From the NCBI GenBank assembly GCA_965226885.1, contig CBDDEL010000012.1, positions 192,001 through 256,000 of the forward strand: a DNA stretch of 64,000 nucleotides. Direction: 5' to 3'. The translations under genes were made by a program, and so were the position numbers. The stretch comes from Opitutales bacterium. Its GTDB lineage: Bacteria; Verrucomicrobiota; Verrucomicrobiia; Opitutales; UBA2987. The notes under the pieces are model-generated. The model was given only the letters and a program-made list of their open reading frames with translations. It made no database searches and had not been told where the DNA came from. Below are positions 10,283-21,000 of the stretch, one piece after another (positions within the stretch are counted from its first letter, which is position 1; each line of letters starts with the position of its first letter).

Positions 10283-10726
10283 ATGCAGCGAATAAAATTC
10301 GAGGAATTATCCGAGGCTGACCGCGAACTGGTGATAGCTGCTGAGCGCGCCAGGGAAAATGCATATTCACCCTATTCGGAGCACAAAGTGGGCTCTGCCG
10401 TAAGGGCCAAATCCGGTAAAATTTATGCCGCCTGTAATGTCGAGGTGGTCAGCCTGCAACAATGCGTGCATGCGGAACGCAACGCCATTAATCAGATGGC
10501 TGCCGGAGGCGACCGGGAAATCGAGGCGCTGGTTTGCCACGGGCCATTCTCCGGTGTGCCCTGTGCCGAGTGCCGGCAGGTGATTTGGGAATTTTGCGGG
10601 GCCGATCCGGAGGTAAAAATAATCGGGGCCACTCTTGAGAGGGAGATCGACCTCATGACCATTGGCGAGTTGTACCCGCACCCCTATGGACCGGAAACAA
10701 AGGGCATCGATCCCCGCGATTTCTGA
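10283..10726 (+). CDS. cdd: Cytidine deaminase family protein
   Basis: AYSPYS, VGSA, CNVE, HAE and PCAECRQ zinc motifs; ATG directly follows the hisI-like stop. Confidence 0.85.
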   Translation: MQRIKFEELSEADRELVIAAERARENAYSPYSEHKVGSAVRAKSGKIYAACNVEVVSLQQCVHAERNAINQMAAGGDREIEALVCHGPFSGVPCAECRQVIWEFCGADPEVKIIGATLEREIDLMTIGELYPHPYGPETKGIDPRDF

Positions 10727-10874
10727 AAATTAAGAGCCGAAAAACCTTCCAGTTTGCAGAAAATAATAATAGGATGTTCACTTCAGCCATTTAAATGCCA
10801 TTTCCGGTTATTGGCTGTATAGTCGTTATCTTATATTCTCCGGGAACAAAAAAGGAAAATCCAACAGGACTGTC

Positions 10875-11828
10875 ATGAGTTCATTCACTACCATACCGAG
10901 TATTGATTTTGCAGACTTTCTCTCCGGCGATGAGGCCCGAAAAAGGAAATTTATTCGTGAGATAGGAGAGGCCTATGCCGAAGTGGGGTTTGTCGCCCTG
11001 ACTAATCATGGCATCGACCAGGACCTGATCGACAGGTTTCTTTCTCTGGTCAAAGAATTTTCCCAGCTTCCTTTAGAAGTGAAAAAGAAATACGAGGCGG
11101 GGGGAATGCGCGGGTATATCGCCATGGGTGTGGAACACGCCGAAGGTGTCGAAACTCCCGACCTCAAGGAAATGTTCCAGTTCGGCCCGGAAGTGGAGGA
11201 CGATCCCGCATTGAGGGCTGAATATCCTGAAAACGTCGTCGCCGAGGTTTTGCCGGAATACACCCCTACCGGTTTGAAGCTGTTCAGCAATTTCCAGGAA
11301 TCGGGCCGCAAACTGCTCAGCGCCCTGGCCCTTTATCTGGATTTGGATGAAGACTATTTCGACCATAAAATTCATAATGGACATAGTATTCTGAGGGCAA
11401 TTTATTCGCCTCCCATCACGGAAAATCCTCAGGATGCCGTCCGCGCCGCCGAGCATACGGATATCTGCCTGATCACCCTCCTGCTGGGCGCCGATACCCC
11501 GGGATTGCAGGTCATGAATCACGACGGGGAATGGGTTGCCGCGGAAATTTCGCCCGATCAAATTGTCGTCAACGTGGGAAACATGCTGGAAAGGCTTTGC
11601 AACAGCCGATTGGTTTCGACCAAACACCGGGTCGTCAATCCGCCCCGCGAAATGTGGCATATCCCGCGTATTTCCATCCCCTTTTTCCTGCAACCCAAAC
11701 CCGAGATGGACTTGAGCTGCCTCCCCTCCTGTGTGGACGGGGAGCGCCCGAAAAAATTCGAGGACATCACCGCTGGTGAATTCCTAAATCGCCGTCTGGT
11801 CAGCATCGGCCTGAAAAAAGAAGATTAA
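10875..11828 (+). CDS. Isopenicillin N synthase-like Fe(II)/2OG oxygenase
   Basis: IPSIDF, GFVALTNHGI, RGY, DLKE, HTD, GLQV, VNVG, STKHRV, RISIPFF. Confidence 0.85.
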   Translation: MSSFTTIPSIDFADFLSGDEARKRKFIREIGEAYAEVGFVALTNHGIDQDLIDRFLSLVKEFSQLPLEVKKKYEAGGMRGYIAMGVEHAEGVETPDLKEMFQFGPEVEDDPALRAEYPENVVAEVLPEYTPTGLKLFSNFQESGRKLLSALALYLDLDEDYFDHKIHNGHSILRAIYSPPITENPQDAVRAAEHTDICLITLLLGADTPGLQVMNHDGEWVAAEISPDQIVVNVGNMLERLCNSRLVSTKHRVVNPPREMWHIPRISIPFFLQPKPEMDLSCLPSCVDGERPKKFEDITAGEFLNRRLVSIGLKKED

Positions 11829-11871
11829 GGCAGAACCGTTTTCAGGAATTTTCTACCACCGGCAGGGCGGA

Positions 11872-11900
11872 TTGACAAATTTACTTAAAAAAATTAAGAT
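11872..11900 (+). promoter_or_regulatory. sigma70 promoter, probably giving a leaderless mRNA
   Basis: TTGACA-N17-TAAGAT, 6 nt before ATG 11907; no SD. Confidence 0.7.
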
Positions 11901-11906
11901 TTTGGC

Positions 11907-12917
11907 ATGAAATTGATCGATGGAAAATTATCAGAGGACCAATTGGCCTTTTTTTACCGTGAAGGCTATTTCATCGCGGAAAATGTATTGGACGATATTG
12001 AGCTTGAACCCCTCAGGCAGGAGCTGGCCGCTGCCGTGGATGAAAAATTGCGGCAGATGAAGTCCGAAGGCCGTATCGAAAATACCCATGAGGGGGAATC
12101 GTTCGAAAAACGCACGGCCAACATTTTTTTCGACAATGAGCAGAACGGCGTGGACATCATGTATCACCTGGAGGGTTATATGGGCGGTGGTTTTCGAGGG
12201 AAAGAAATCTTTCGACTCATTCAGCACCCCAAACTGCTCCGCCTGGCTGAATCGATTATCGGACAGGAACTCATATCCTCATCGGTTTATCGGCTCAGGA
12301 CAAAAATCCCCGGCGACAAGATGAAGGAAGTTCCCTGGCACCAGGATGCCGGTTATTTTGCAGGACAATGCGATCCTCACCTGATTCTCACTTTTTGGAT
12401 TCCGCTGGTAAAGTCCACCAAGGAAAACGGCTGCCTGAGAATCCTCCCGCGTGTTCATAAACAGGGAGTCATCGAACATTACTGGAGCCGGGAGAAAAAG
12501 GGCTACCTTGTCATTGAAGACGAGGATTTGCCCGAAGGAGGACAAAAAGCAATGGCTGCGCAGGTGGACGCCGGCAGCGTTGTCATCCTGACCAATATGA
12601 CTCCGCATTGCTCCGCCGCCAATCTGACGGACAAGGTTCGCTGGAGCATCGATATTCGTTACCAGAACCCCAAGACGCCCAACAATATCGGCTTAAGGCC
12701 TGACCTCAGCGAGGCGGACCATTTGCGCAATGTGGAACTGGCATGTTACCCGCCGGAGGCCGATTTCATCGTGCAGAGCCGGGAAAACCCGGATACGGTT
12801 GTCAATTTCGACCGGTTTATGAAACTGCGGGAAAACTTTTATCTCCATTATACTAAAGGCGATGGCGATAATTTTCCTGTCCCTTCTCGCTGGATGCCTG
12901 AGCCCACTTTAAAATGA
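11907..12917 (+). CDS. PhyH-family dioxygenase B
   Basis: FYREGY, VPWHQDAGY, TFWIPL, ENGCL, TPHCS, RWSIDIRY; close paralogue of 24926-25918. Confidence 0.85.
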   Translation: MKLIDGKLSEDQLAFFYREGYFIAENVLDDIELEPLRQELAAAVDEKLRQMKSEGRIENTHEGESFEKRTANIFFDNEQNGVDIMYHLEGYMGGGFRGKEIFRLIQHPKLLRLAESIIGQELISSSVYRLRTKIPGDKMKEVPWHQDAGYFAGQCDPHLILTFWIPLVKSTKENGCLRILPRVHKQGVIEHYWSREKKGYLVIEDEDLPEGGQKAMAAQVDAGSVVILTNMTPHCSAANLTDKVRWSIDIRYQNPKTPNNIGLRPDLSEADHLRNVELACYPPEADFIVQSRENPDTVVNFDRFMKLRENFYLHYTKGDGDNFPVPSRWMPEPTLK

Positions 12918-12962
12918 CCGCCCTTCACCAACTGGTCCCGAGGTAGACGATCGGCCTGTTGG

Positions 12963-14258
12963 TCAGCCAATCAATAGTCCGGCCAGGTTGGCCGACATCA
13001 GAGAGGCGCAGAAAGCACCGATCATGGCGCGGATTCCCAACTGGGCCAGGTTGGTTCTTTGTCCGGGCGCAAGCACTGAAATTCCGCCGATCTGCACTCC
13101 CACCGAAACAAATGAGGCGAAGCCGCAGAGGACGAAAGTGGAAATAACGACCGCTTTTTCGGTCAGCAAGTTGCCTTGGCTGACCATCTCGGCCATGGTG
13201 GTATAGGCGACCAGGTCGTTGAGGATAAGTTTCTCTCCCAGAAGCACCCCCACTTGCAGCAGGCTATCGACATCGACTCCTATCAGCCATGCCACCGGCA
13301 TAAAAATGACGCCAAGTATAAATTGCAAGGTAAGGCTCTCGAAACCACCATCGGTAGCCTCCTTGATGACCGAGTTAAGCCCGCTGACGCCGCCCACCCA
13401 GCCGGTAAGGTCATTGAGCATGGCTACCAGAGCCACAAACACCAGAACCACCGCGCCCACATTGACCGAGAGTTTGACTCCCTGGGTTACTCCGCCCGCC
13501 ACCGCATCGAAAATATTTACCCCCATCGATTCCGTTGATACTCGCAAATCGGTTTCCACCTCTTCATGCTCGGGCAGCAATATTTTGGCGCAGACAACCG
13601 CTGCCGGCGCAGCCATAATGAAAGCGGATATGAGCCGTTTGCCCACTACCACCTGGAGGGCCGCATCGTCCCCCGCCAGAATGGAAACATAAGCGGCGAA
13701 TATCGCTCCGGCGGAAGTGGCCATCCCGCCCGCCATCAGGCAGGTGATTTCGGACCTTGTCATGCGTTCCAGATATGGCTTAACCATCAAGGGCGCTTCC
13801 GTTTGACCAATGAAGACGTTGGCGGCTACAGCCAGGCTCTCCGCGCCGGATAGCTTCATCGTTTTCTGCATGACCCAGGCAAAGGCGTAAACTACCTTCT
13901 GCAATATGCCCAAATAGTAAAGAATCGAGGTCAGGGCCGAGAAAAACACGATCGATGGCATTACCCGAAAGGCGAAAACGGCCTCGTAGGATGAATCTGT
14001 AGCCAATTCTCCGAAAACAAATTGGCTTCCTTGCAGGGAAAATCCCAACAGGTTGACGGCAAATTGGGCGATTAATCCCAGTCCATCCCCAACATAAGGT
14101 GTTTTCAATACCAGCAGGGCGATGGCGGCCTGCAGCCCAAGACCCCCAAAGACGAGGCGCCAATTGATGCCCTTGCGGTCGTTGCTGAGCCAATAGCAAA
14201 AGGCGAGTAGCGCCACTACCCCGATCAGCGCGCGGATGATTTCCAGTATCAATGCCAT
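12963..14258 (-). CDS. CNT/NupC nucleoside transporter, divergent substrate site
   Basis: Polytopic membrane protein, FIGQTEAP; LNDLVAY and FASFVS replace canonical LNEFxAY and FANxxS. Alternative TTG start at 14267. Confidence 0.9.
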   Translation of the reverse strand: MALILEIIRALIGVVALLAFCYWLSNDRKGINWRLVFGGLGLQAAIALLVLKTPYVGDGLGLIAQFAVNLLGFSLQGSQFVFGELATDSSYEAVFAFRVMPSIVFFSALTSILYYLGILQKVVYAFAWVMQKTMKLSGAESLAVAANVFIGQTEAPLMVKPYLERMTRSEITCLMAGGMATSAGAIFAAYVSILAGDDAALQVVVGKRLISAFIMAAPAAVVCAKILLPEHEEVETDLRVSTESMGVNIFDAVAGGVTQGVKLSVNVGAVVLVFVALVAMLNDLTGWVGGVSGLNSVIKEATDGGFESLTLQFILGVIFMPVAWLIGVDVDSLLQVGVLLGEKLILNDLVAYTTMAEMVSQGNLLTEKAVVISTFVLCGFASFVSVGVQIGGISVLAPGQRTNLAQLGIRAMIGAFCASLMSANLAGLLIG

Positions 14259-14273
14259 AAAAACCAAATAAAG

Positions 14274-15575
14274 TTATCCTGAGATCGTCCCCACGATGGT
14301 GGCGGTAATCAAAGTTGCGCACGTTCCACCGACTAAGGCCCGAAGCGCAAGTTTGGCCAGGTTGTCCCGTTGACCAGGAGCCAGGGTTCCGATTCCGCCG
14401 ATCTGCACCCCGACAGAGGCAAAATTGGCAAAACCGCAGAGGGCAAAAGTCGAAATTAAAGTGGCTTTTGGATCGGTCATGGTGCCGTCCTTTATCATGT
14501 CTCCAAGTGTAATATAGGCAAAAAACTCATTGAGGACCAATTTTTCACCCAACAGCTGCCCAACTGCCAGCAGATTGCCGAAATCTACGCCGATTATGAA
14601 AGCGACTGGCGAAAAAAGAATCCCGAATAGAAATTGCAGGGTGAGGCCTTCATAGGCGCCATCCGTCCATGACTTGATGACGGAATTAAAGTCCCCTACA
14701 GAGCCAATCCAGGTGGTCAGAATAAAATTAATCATGGCAATCAGGGCAATAAAAACGATGAGAATGGCAGCCACATTTACAGCCAGTCGGACGCCTTGGG
14801 CGGTGCCCGCCACGATGGAATCAAAGAGGTTTAAGCCGATCGTTTCCTTGGGCACCTTCAGTTGGGTATCGACCCGCGTCGTTTCCGGGAAAAGCACTTT
14901 GGACAAAACGATGGCGGCGGGGGCAGCCATAATGGATGCCGTCAGCAGGCGTTTGCCGGCGATAATTCGCTCGGCTGGGTCGTTGCCTCCCAGGATCGCT
15001 ATATAAGCCGCCAGGACGCTCCCCGCGATGGTCGCCATGCCGCCCGTCATGAGGCAGGCAAGTTCGGACCGCGACATACGCTCCAAATAAGGCCTGACGA
15101 GAAGCGGGGCCTCCGTTTGTCCGATAAAGATATTAGCCGCGGCCGCCATGCTTTCGGCGCCGGAAAGGCGCATGGTCCGGTTCATTATCCAGGCGAAAAC
15201 AAAGACGATTCTCTGCAATATGCCCAAATAATAGAGCATGGATGTAAGGGCCGAGAAAAAGATAATTGTGGGGAGCACCTGAAACCCGAATTGCGCCCCC
15301 ATTGTTTTATCGTCCACCAGGTTGCCGAATATAAACCGCGAACCATCGCTTGAATATCGTAGAATATTGACAAACAAGCGTGAGGCCGATTCAAAGCCCA
15401 TGGCGACTATTTCCACTTTCATTACCAATACGGCAATGATCAACTGTAAGCCGAGTCCGCCCATAACCAACCGCCAGTTGATATGCTTGCGATCGTTACT
15501 CAATCCGAAGCAAAGGCCGAGTATGACCGCTACTCCAAATACGCCCCTCGCCAGGTTAACCAGAATATCCCACAT
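14274..15575 (-). CDS. nupC: CNT/NupC nucleoside transporter, canonical motifs
   Basis: FIGQTEAP, GMATIAG, LNEFFAY, LCGFANFAS. Confidence 0.9.
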   Translation of the reverse strand: MWDILVNLARGVFGVAVILGLCFGLSNDRKHINWRLVMGGLGLQLIIAVLVMKVEIVAMGFESASRLFVNILRYSSDGSRFIFGNLVDDKTMGAQFGFQVLPTIIFFSALTSMLYYLGILQRIVFVFAWIMNRTMRLSGAESMAAAANIFIGQTEAPLLVRPYLERMSRSELACLMTGGMATIAGSVLAAYIAILGGNDPAERIIAGKRLLTASIMAAPAAIVLSKVLFPETTRVDTQLKVPKETIGLNLFDSIVAGTAQGVRLAVNVAAILIVFIALIAMINFILTTWIGSVGDFNSVIKSWTDGAYEGLTLQFLFGILFSPVAFIIGVDFGNLLAVGQLLGEKLVLNEFFAYITLGDMIKDGTMTDPKATLISTFALCGFANFASVGVQIGGIGTLAPGQRDNLAKLALRALVGGTCATLITATIVGTISG

Positions 15576-15589
15576 TTGAATTGAAGAGT

Positions 15590-16345
15590 TCAGGCAAAGC
15601 GGAGTTCGAGGGCTTTTTTCATCACAATGGCTAAATTAGCCTCAGCCTCATGCAGTACCGATTCGTTGGGGGTTTCCGTTTGGGTGCGGTTGACGATGGC
15701 AGAGGCGACACAGGCGGCCTTCAGGCCGAAAGTGGCGATAATCGTCAGCAAGGTGGAGGATTCCATTTCGTAATTGAGAACATTGAGCGCCTGCCATTCT
15801 TTCATGCTGTTTTGGAACTTGCGGATCACGTAGCCCTTGAAGGTATCGTAACGTTCCTGGCCCGGATAAAAAGTATCCGTCGATGCCGTAATCCCCACGC
15901 GGTATTCGAGTCCCAGTTGACGGGCCGCGTCGACGAGGGAGTTAGTCAGCTCGAGATCGGCCACGGCCGGATACTCAATGGGCGCATAGTGGGTCGAAGC
16001 CCCGTCCAGGCGAACGGATCCACTGGTAATTATGAGAGAAGGAATTGGTATATCCGGTTGAATGGCGCCGGTCGTTCCGATGCGGTAAAAATTTTTAAGA
16101 CCTAGATCGGCCAGCTCTTCCAGGGCCAGGGACGTTCCCGGTCCCCCGATACCGGTCGAACAAACCAGGACCTTTTGGCCGCAAAGTGTCGCCAGGAACG
16201 AGGTGTATTCGCGATTGGTGGCAAGAAATTTTGCATTTTCATCGAGGTATTTTGCCGTTTTTTCAACCCTGGCGGGATCGCCCGGCAAAAGAACGTATTC
16301 AGCGCCCTTGATTAAATTTTTATTTAATTGAATATGGTATTTAAT
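15590..16345 (-). CDS. udp: Uridine phosphorylase with a probable ATT start
   Basis: PGDPAR, NREY, STGIGGP, RIGTTGAIQ, DTFYPGQER, NYEMES. The homologous N-terminus (IKYHIQLNKNLIKGAEYVLL) extends to ATT at 16345, after AAGGAG. Confidence 0.88.
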   Translation of the reverse strand: MKYHIQLNKNLIKGAEYVLLPGDPARVEKTAKYLDENAKFLATNREYTSFLATLCGQKVLVCSTGIGGPGTSLALEELADLGLKNFYRIGTTGAIQPDIPIPSLIITSGSVRLDGASTHYAPIEYPAVADLELTNSLVDAARQLGLEYRVGITASTDTFYPGQERYDTFKGYVIRKFQNSMKEWQALNVLNYEMESSTLLTIIATFGLKAACVASAIVNRTQTETPNESVLHEAEANLAIVMKKALELRFA

Positions 16346-17948
16346 GGCTCTCCTTGGTTGGAATTAGTCGTCCCGGTTTGGGAAAGTCCGGCGCCGGGAC
16401 ATCGGAAAAATATTGTAGGATTACCTCGGATATCTTCGGGCTGTCCCCGCGTTTCCGGGTAATCGTCCCATTCAGGAAAGAGGAATAGAGGTCGGCCCCT
16501 TCGGCCAACAAATCCGCCACCGCAACTTTGTAAATCTGCTCTGGGTCCACAGGTTTTCCGCCGATTTCAAGATCGGTCACACGTTGACCTTTGGGGCGGT
16601 CCAGATCGTAATGGGCGATGAGTCCCGATGCCTGGATCATGCCTCGCTCAAGCGTCATCGATTGCTCGAGAACACCGAGTATATCCTTCCCGGACAGGTC
16701 CATCAAAACAACGCGATTAGGGAAGGGAAAGGCGTCGATGACGTTCCCGTAGGTTACTTCTCCTTCCGGCAAATCGGCCCGCAAACCGCCCGCATTGATA
16801 AACGCGACGTCGCTCTTGGCGGATTCACGCATGACATCGGCGGCGAAGCTGCCGAGCGAAGATTCCGTGTTGTAGCTGCGGATAAGCCTCTCTTGGAGAT
16901 GTCCCACGACGGCTTCGATTTCGGGATATTGTTTCCGGTAATGCTCGATTTTTCGCGCCACAATCGGGTGGGGGACCAGCTTTTCACTCTCTACCAGCAA
17001 CAATTTTCCATCATAGGACACTATTTTTTTGGCGGCCGTATCATATTTTAATTTGATATAACCCAACCGGGTGCCGTGACCGTAGGTTTGAACGACGAGA
17101 GTTCCTGTTTCGGGATGGACGATGGGTTCTTCCGTCCCGTGATCGGCATGTCCGCCGATGAAAATATCGATTCCGGGAACCGCTCCCACCAGTGCCAGGT
17201 CCGCCTCTACGCCGCGCTGGATTTCGGGGTGCGCCGAGGCATCGGTTTGCATGGGGGCGGTCATCCCCATGTGGGCCAGAACCACCACCAGGTCCACGTC
17301 CGGTTTGAGGTAGGCGACCGCCTCCCGGACAATGGGCGCCGGGTCGCGAAATTCCAGTTCTGCCACAAATGACGGCAGCACCACGCTGCGGGCGTCCTCA
17401 CCGATGATTCCAATCACACCGATACGGAATCTTTCTTTTTCCACGATGGCATAAGGTTGAGCGTAGGGAATATCGGTTCCTTTATAAAAAATGTTGGCCC
17501 CCAATACCGGAAAAGGAACGCGGTTTTTTTGTTTTCTCAGATTTTCCCAACCGTAGTCGTACTCGTGGTTGCCGATGGCCATGGCGTCGTAACGCATAGT
17601 GATCATCATTTCCATGAGCACTTCTCCTTGCGTGCGGTTGGAGAGCAGGCCGGTAAACATATCCCCGGCATCGAAAAGATAAACCAGGTCCTCACGGGTA
17701 CGAATTTCTTCCACCAGCGAGGCCAGCTCCGCCCCGCCTCCGAGGAAATTCACATCGTCCCGCCAGTAGGCGGGAATGGGATTAAAAGCGCTCTCGAAAT
17801 CGTTGGTGTGGAGGATGGTGATTTCACGAACAGAATCATTGAAGCCCGTTTCCGGCCAGGCGAATCCGTTTGCCAAAAATAATGCCGTAGAGGCAATTAA
17901 AAACTGGCGCCCCCGGAATAGGAAAGGGGCCCCAAAACGAATTGTCAT
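16341..17948 (-). CDS. Exported 5'-nucleotidase / bifunctional metallophosphatase (UshA-like)
   Basis: LHTND, DAGD, GNHEYD, GGH, NAGGLRA, FPFPN, C-terminal 5'-nucleotidase domain; signal-like N-terminus from ATG 17948 (alternative start 18008). Confidence 0.88.
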   Translation of the reverse strand: MTIRFGAPFLFRGRQFLIASTALFLANGFAWPETGFNDSVREITILHTNDFESAFNPIPAYWRDDVNFLGGGAELASLVEEIRTREDLVYLFDAGDMFTGLLSNRTQGEVLMEMMITMRYDAMAIGNHEYDYGWENLRKQKNRVPFPVLGANIFYKGTDIPYAQPYAIVEKERFRIGVIGIIGEDARSVVLPSFVAELEFRDPAPIVREAVAYLKPDVDLVVVLAHMGMTAPMQTDASAHPEIQRGVEADLALVGAVPGIDIFIGGHADHGTEEPIVHPETGTLVVQTYGHGTRLGYIKLKYDTAAKKIVSYDGKLLLVESEKLVPHPIVARKIEHYRKQYPEIEAVVGHLQERLIRSYNTESSLGSFAADVMRESAKSDVAFINAGGLRADLPEGEVTYGNVIDAFPFPNRVVLMDLSGKDILGVLEQSMTLERGMIQASGLIAHYDLDRPKGQRVTDLEIGGKPVDPEQIYKVAVADLLAEGADLYSSFLNGTITRKRGDSPKISEVILQYFSDVPAPDFPKPGRLIPTKESH

Positions 17949-18059
17949 TACCGGATGTTTAAAAAGTTTTCTCAAAACATTGATGCCCCGGAGAAAGCTC
18001 CGGGGCATCTCGGGGCATCTAATTGAAAATGAAAGAATCGTCTTAACTCAATCCTGGAA

Positions 18060-21000
18060 TTAGAAGATATACTTTATGCCAAAAAGAATATTCCAGCGGG
18101 ATTGGCCTAAACGGTCCTCAACTATTGCCGTGTTGCCCACCCCGTTGAATGAGTAGAGATACTTGTTTGATTCCTCAATATAAGTTGCGCTGGCGATATT
18201 CTGTGAAGGGGTGCCGCCAAAACCAATCGGGAAGTCCCTTATCTGGCCATAGGAACTGTTGATCAGATTGCCGATATTAAGGAAATCTATGGTGAACTGC
18301 AACTTGCCCCATTTTGTAGCAATAGGGATATCCTGTGCAATCTTGAGGTCCCATTGATGAATCCAGGGAAGAGTGGCATCGTTTTTCTGATGCCGTTTGC
18401 CTGGTTCGAGGTCAGGGTGTTGGGCGACGAAGGCAAAAAAAGCATCCCGGTCAGCAGCCTCGGCGGCGGTAAGGACACCGCTGGGGTCAGCCGCCCAGGT
18501 CACGAAGGGATCGTCCGGTCCATTCGGTGTGTAAAAGAGGTCATTGGTCGAGCAGCAGTCATCGTTATTCGTGTTATTTTTGGCTACGTAACTATAGGGC
18601 TTGCCTGAGCGACCTTGATAAAAGAGAGAAATATTCGTCTTCCACTTACTATTTTCACCACCCCATTTGATTTGTTTGGAGATGGCCCAGATAAAATTAT
18701 GGCGAACCTCAAAAGGCGAAGTTCCCAATTCATCCGTGTTGGCATTGAAGATCGGAGTAGCCCGAAAATTTTCCACTGCAATAAAGCCTGTCCCGGAATT
18801 AACTTCATTGGAACTACCGTAGGAATAAGCAAAGGTGGAAAACCAGCCATCCTCCCTCATCGGACGAGTGAGGGTAAGGGTGTAATTGGTGGAATCACCC
18901 AGGCTTGTGTTTCTTAATTCCGTTACACTCCCAAAACCGCCAAAGCCTTCGGCCCCGGCACGGGCTGTCGACATGATAATGCGACCGTCCGGACCTGTCC
19001 CGACCGGTTCGGCAACAAGGTTGCGGAATACCACGGCATCTTCGACAAATGACCATTCGCCTTCGATGGTGGCGACCATATCGCCCAGTAGCGGCGCCTT
19101 GAATTTGTAGTCAAGGGCCAGCACACCTTTCCAGGATGAAGGCGAATTGAATCCAGCGGCCAGGGAATCGACCTCCCCGCTGGGCGCGCCAGGCACTCCT
19201 TTGGGTTGGTTGGTGGAGTCCGGCTCAAACGCCGGGTTGCCATCCGGGAAACTTGCCGTCAAAACGGTGAGCCCGTCATTGGTAAACCCATTGGAAAGCC
19301 ACACCCCGGGCGACTTGCCGAAAAATTTGCCTATGCCGCCACGCAGTTGAACGGTGCTATCTCCTTTAATGTCCCAATTAAAACTGAATCGTGTGGAGAA
19401 AGTTCTTTCACCATCAATAGTATTATCATTGGGTCTGCCGAAGAAATCCTGAAACCGCTGATTAAACCCTGGTTTTAAAGGAAAATCATTGATATCCCAA
19501 CGAATACCAACGGTCATGGAAAAATTGTTGTGCACCCGCCAGGTATGCTGGAGATAAGGGGACCATATTTTTTCTTCCCAATTGGCGGTTACGTTGGTTC
19601 CCTCGGCTTCAAATCTGTGAAATAAACCGGAAGCTATTCCCGCCCTGAAATCATCGATACTGGCAAAATTCCATACTCCTTTATTGGCGAAAAGAAACGT
19701 ATTGGCTATGATCTTCTTTGAAAAATCCAAACCGAAAACCGTTTCGTGATTTCGGTTGGCCCCCGAAAAGAGAGTGCCCGCCGCCGTAAAGGTGGTCGTT
19801 TCAGCAAAGAGAAAATTGAAATGACGAAATAATTCCGCTCCCATAAACACGTTGTTACCACTGGCAACAGCAACTGCAACTTGAGGATCGTTCGTAGGTG
19901 TTACCGGGCTGCCATCGTAATCGGAAAAAGAATAACGAATTTCTGTGCTGAAGCGGTCATTCCAGTCGCTGAAAAGCTGAGCCACATAATTCGTACTGAT
20001 GCTGGGTTGATCGTACCAATAGCTGCTCAGGGAAAAAGCTGCCGTATTGCGTTGCGTAATGATCACGACATTGTCTTCGGCCTTGTCATACTTAAAGCTC
20101 AGATGGTGTTTGTCGTTGATATTCCAATCGACTTTGACCATTATTTTCTCGACCGAGTCATCCAATATATCTGCCCCGGTGGGCGTTCCTGGACTAAGGC
20201 CCCAAACGTTTGTCGCAATATCGATAATCTCGTCGATTTCCGCTTGTGTGCCGGGGAAAATATTGGTCGCGCCGCTACCGATCAAACCTACACTGGTGCC
20301 ACTTCGTTCCCGCTCCAGTTTTTCATAATTGAAAAAGAAAAACAGCTTATTCTTCAGGATGGGTCCACCCAAGGTAGATCCATAGGTTTTCTCGGTGAAC
20401 ACAGGGTCGAATGCCTGACCATTTTCGTTTTCTCCAAATTGATCCGAATCGCGCCAGTAGTAGTAGGCGGAACCGTGAAACTGGTTGGTGCCGCTTTTGG
20501 TCACAACATTGACGGCTGCGCCCGTAAATTTGGACTGCCGAATGTCAAAGGGCGCCGTGTCGATTTGCAACGACTCAATGGCATCAATTGAAACAGGGGG
20601 GCCGTTGCGTGTGGCCTGGCCATTTGAATTGAGGCCAAAGGGATCATTTACCCGAACCCCATCAACCATCACATTATTATAGCGTGCATTGATGCCGCCC
20701 GCGGTAAAGGAACCGAAATCCTTGTCCACGCTCACCTTGGGATTCATCTTGAGCAACTCATTCAAGGAACGGTCAGCGCTGGATACTCCCAGAACGCGGG
20801 CCTCGTCCAAACTCGTCACCGAGCTGCGGGAATCCCTATTAAAGAGACCTTCCTGTTCCTCTGTAAAAATGAATTCTTCCAACTCGGTGATATCGGCCGC
20901 ATCCGCCATCGATATGACGATATTGGAGACACTTGCCACGGTCAGATAAATGTTCTCCTCGGTTGAGGTTTGATAACCGTCAAAACTGGCGGTAACGCTG

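Noticed and set aside
6471..12917. Nucleoside-antibiotic biosynthetic cluster interpretation
   Set aside because: There are no scaffold-forming, ligase or export genes; importers and catabolic enzymes dominate. Not formally excluded.
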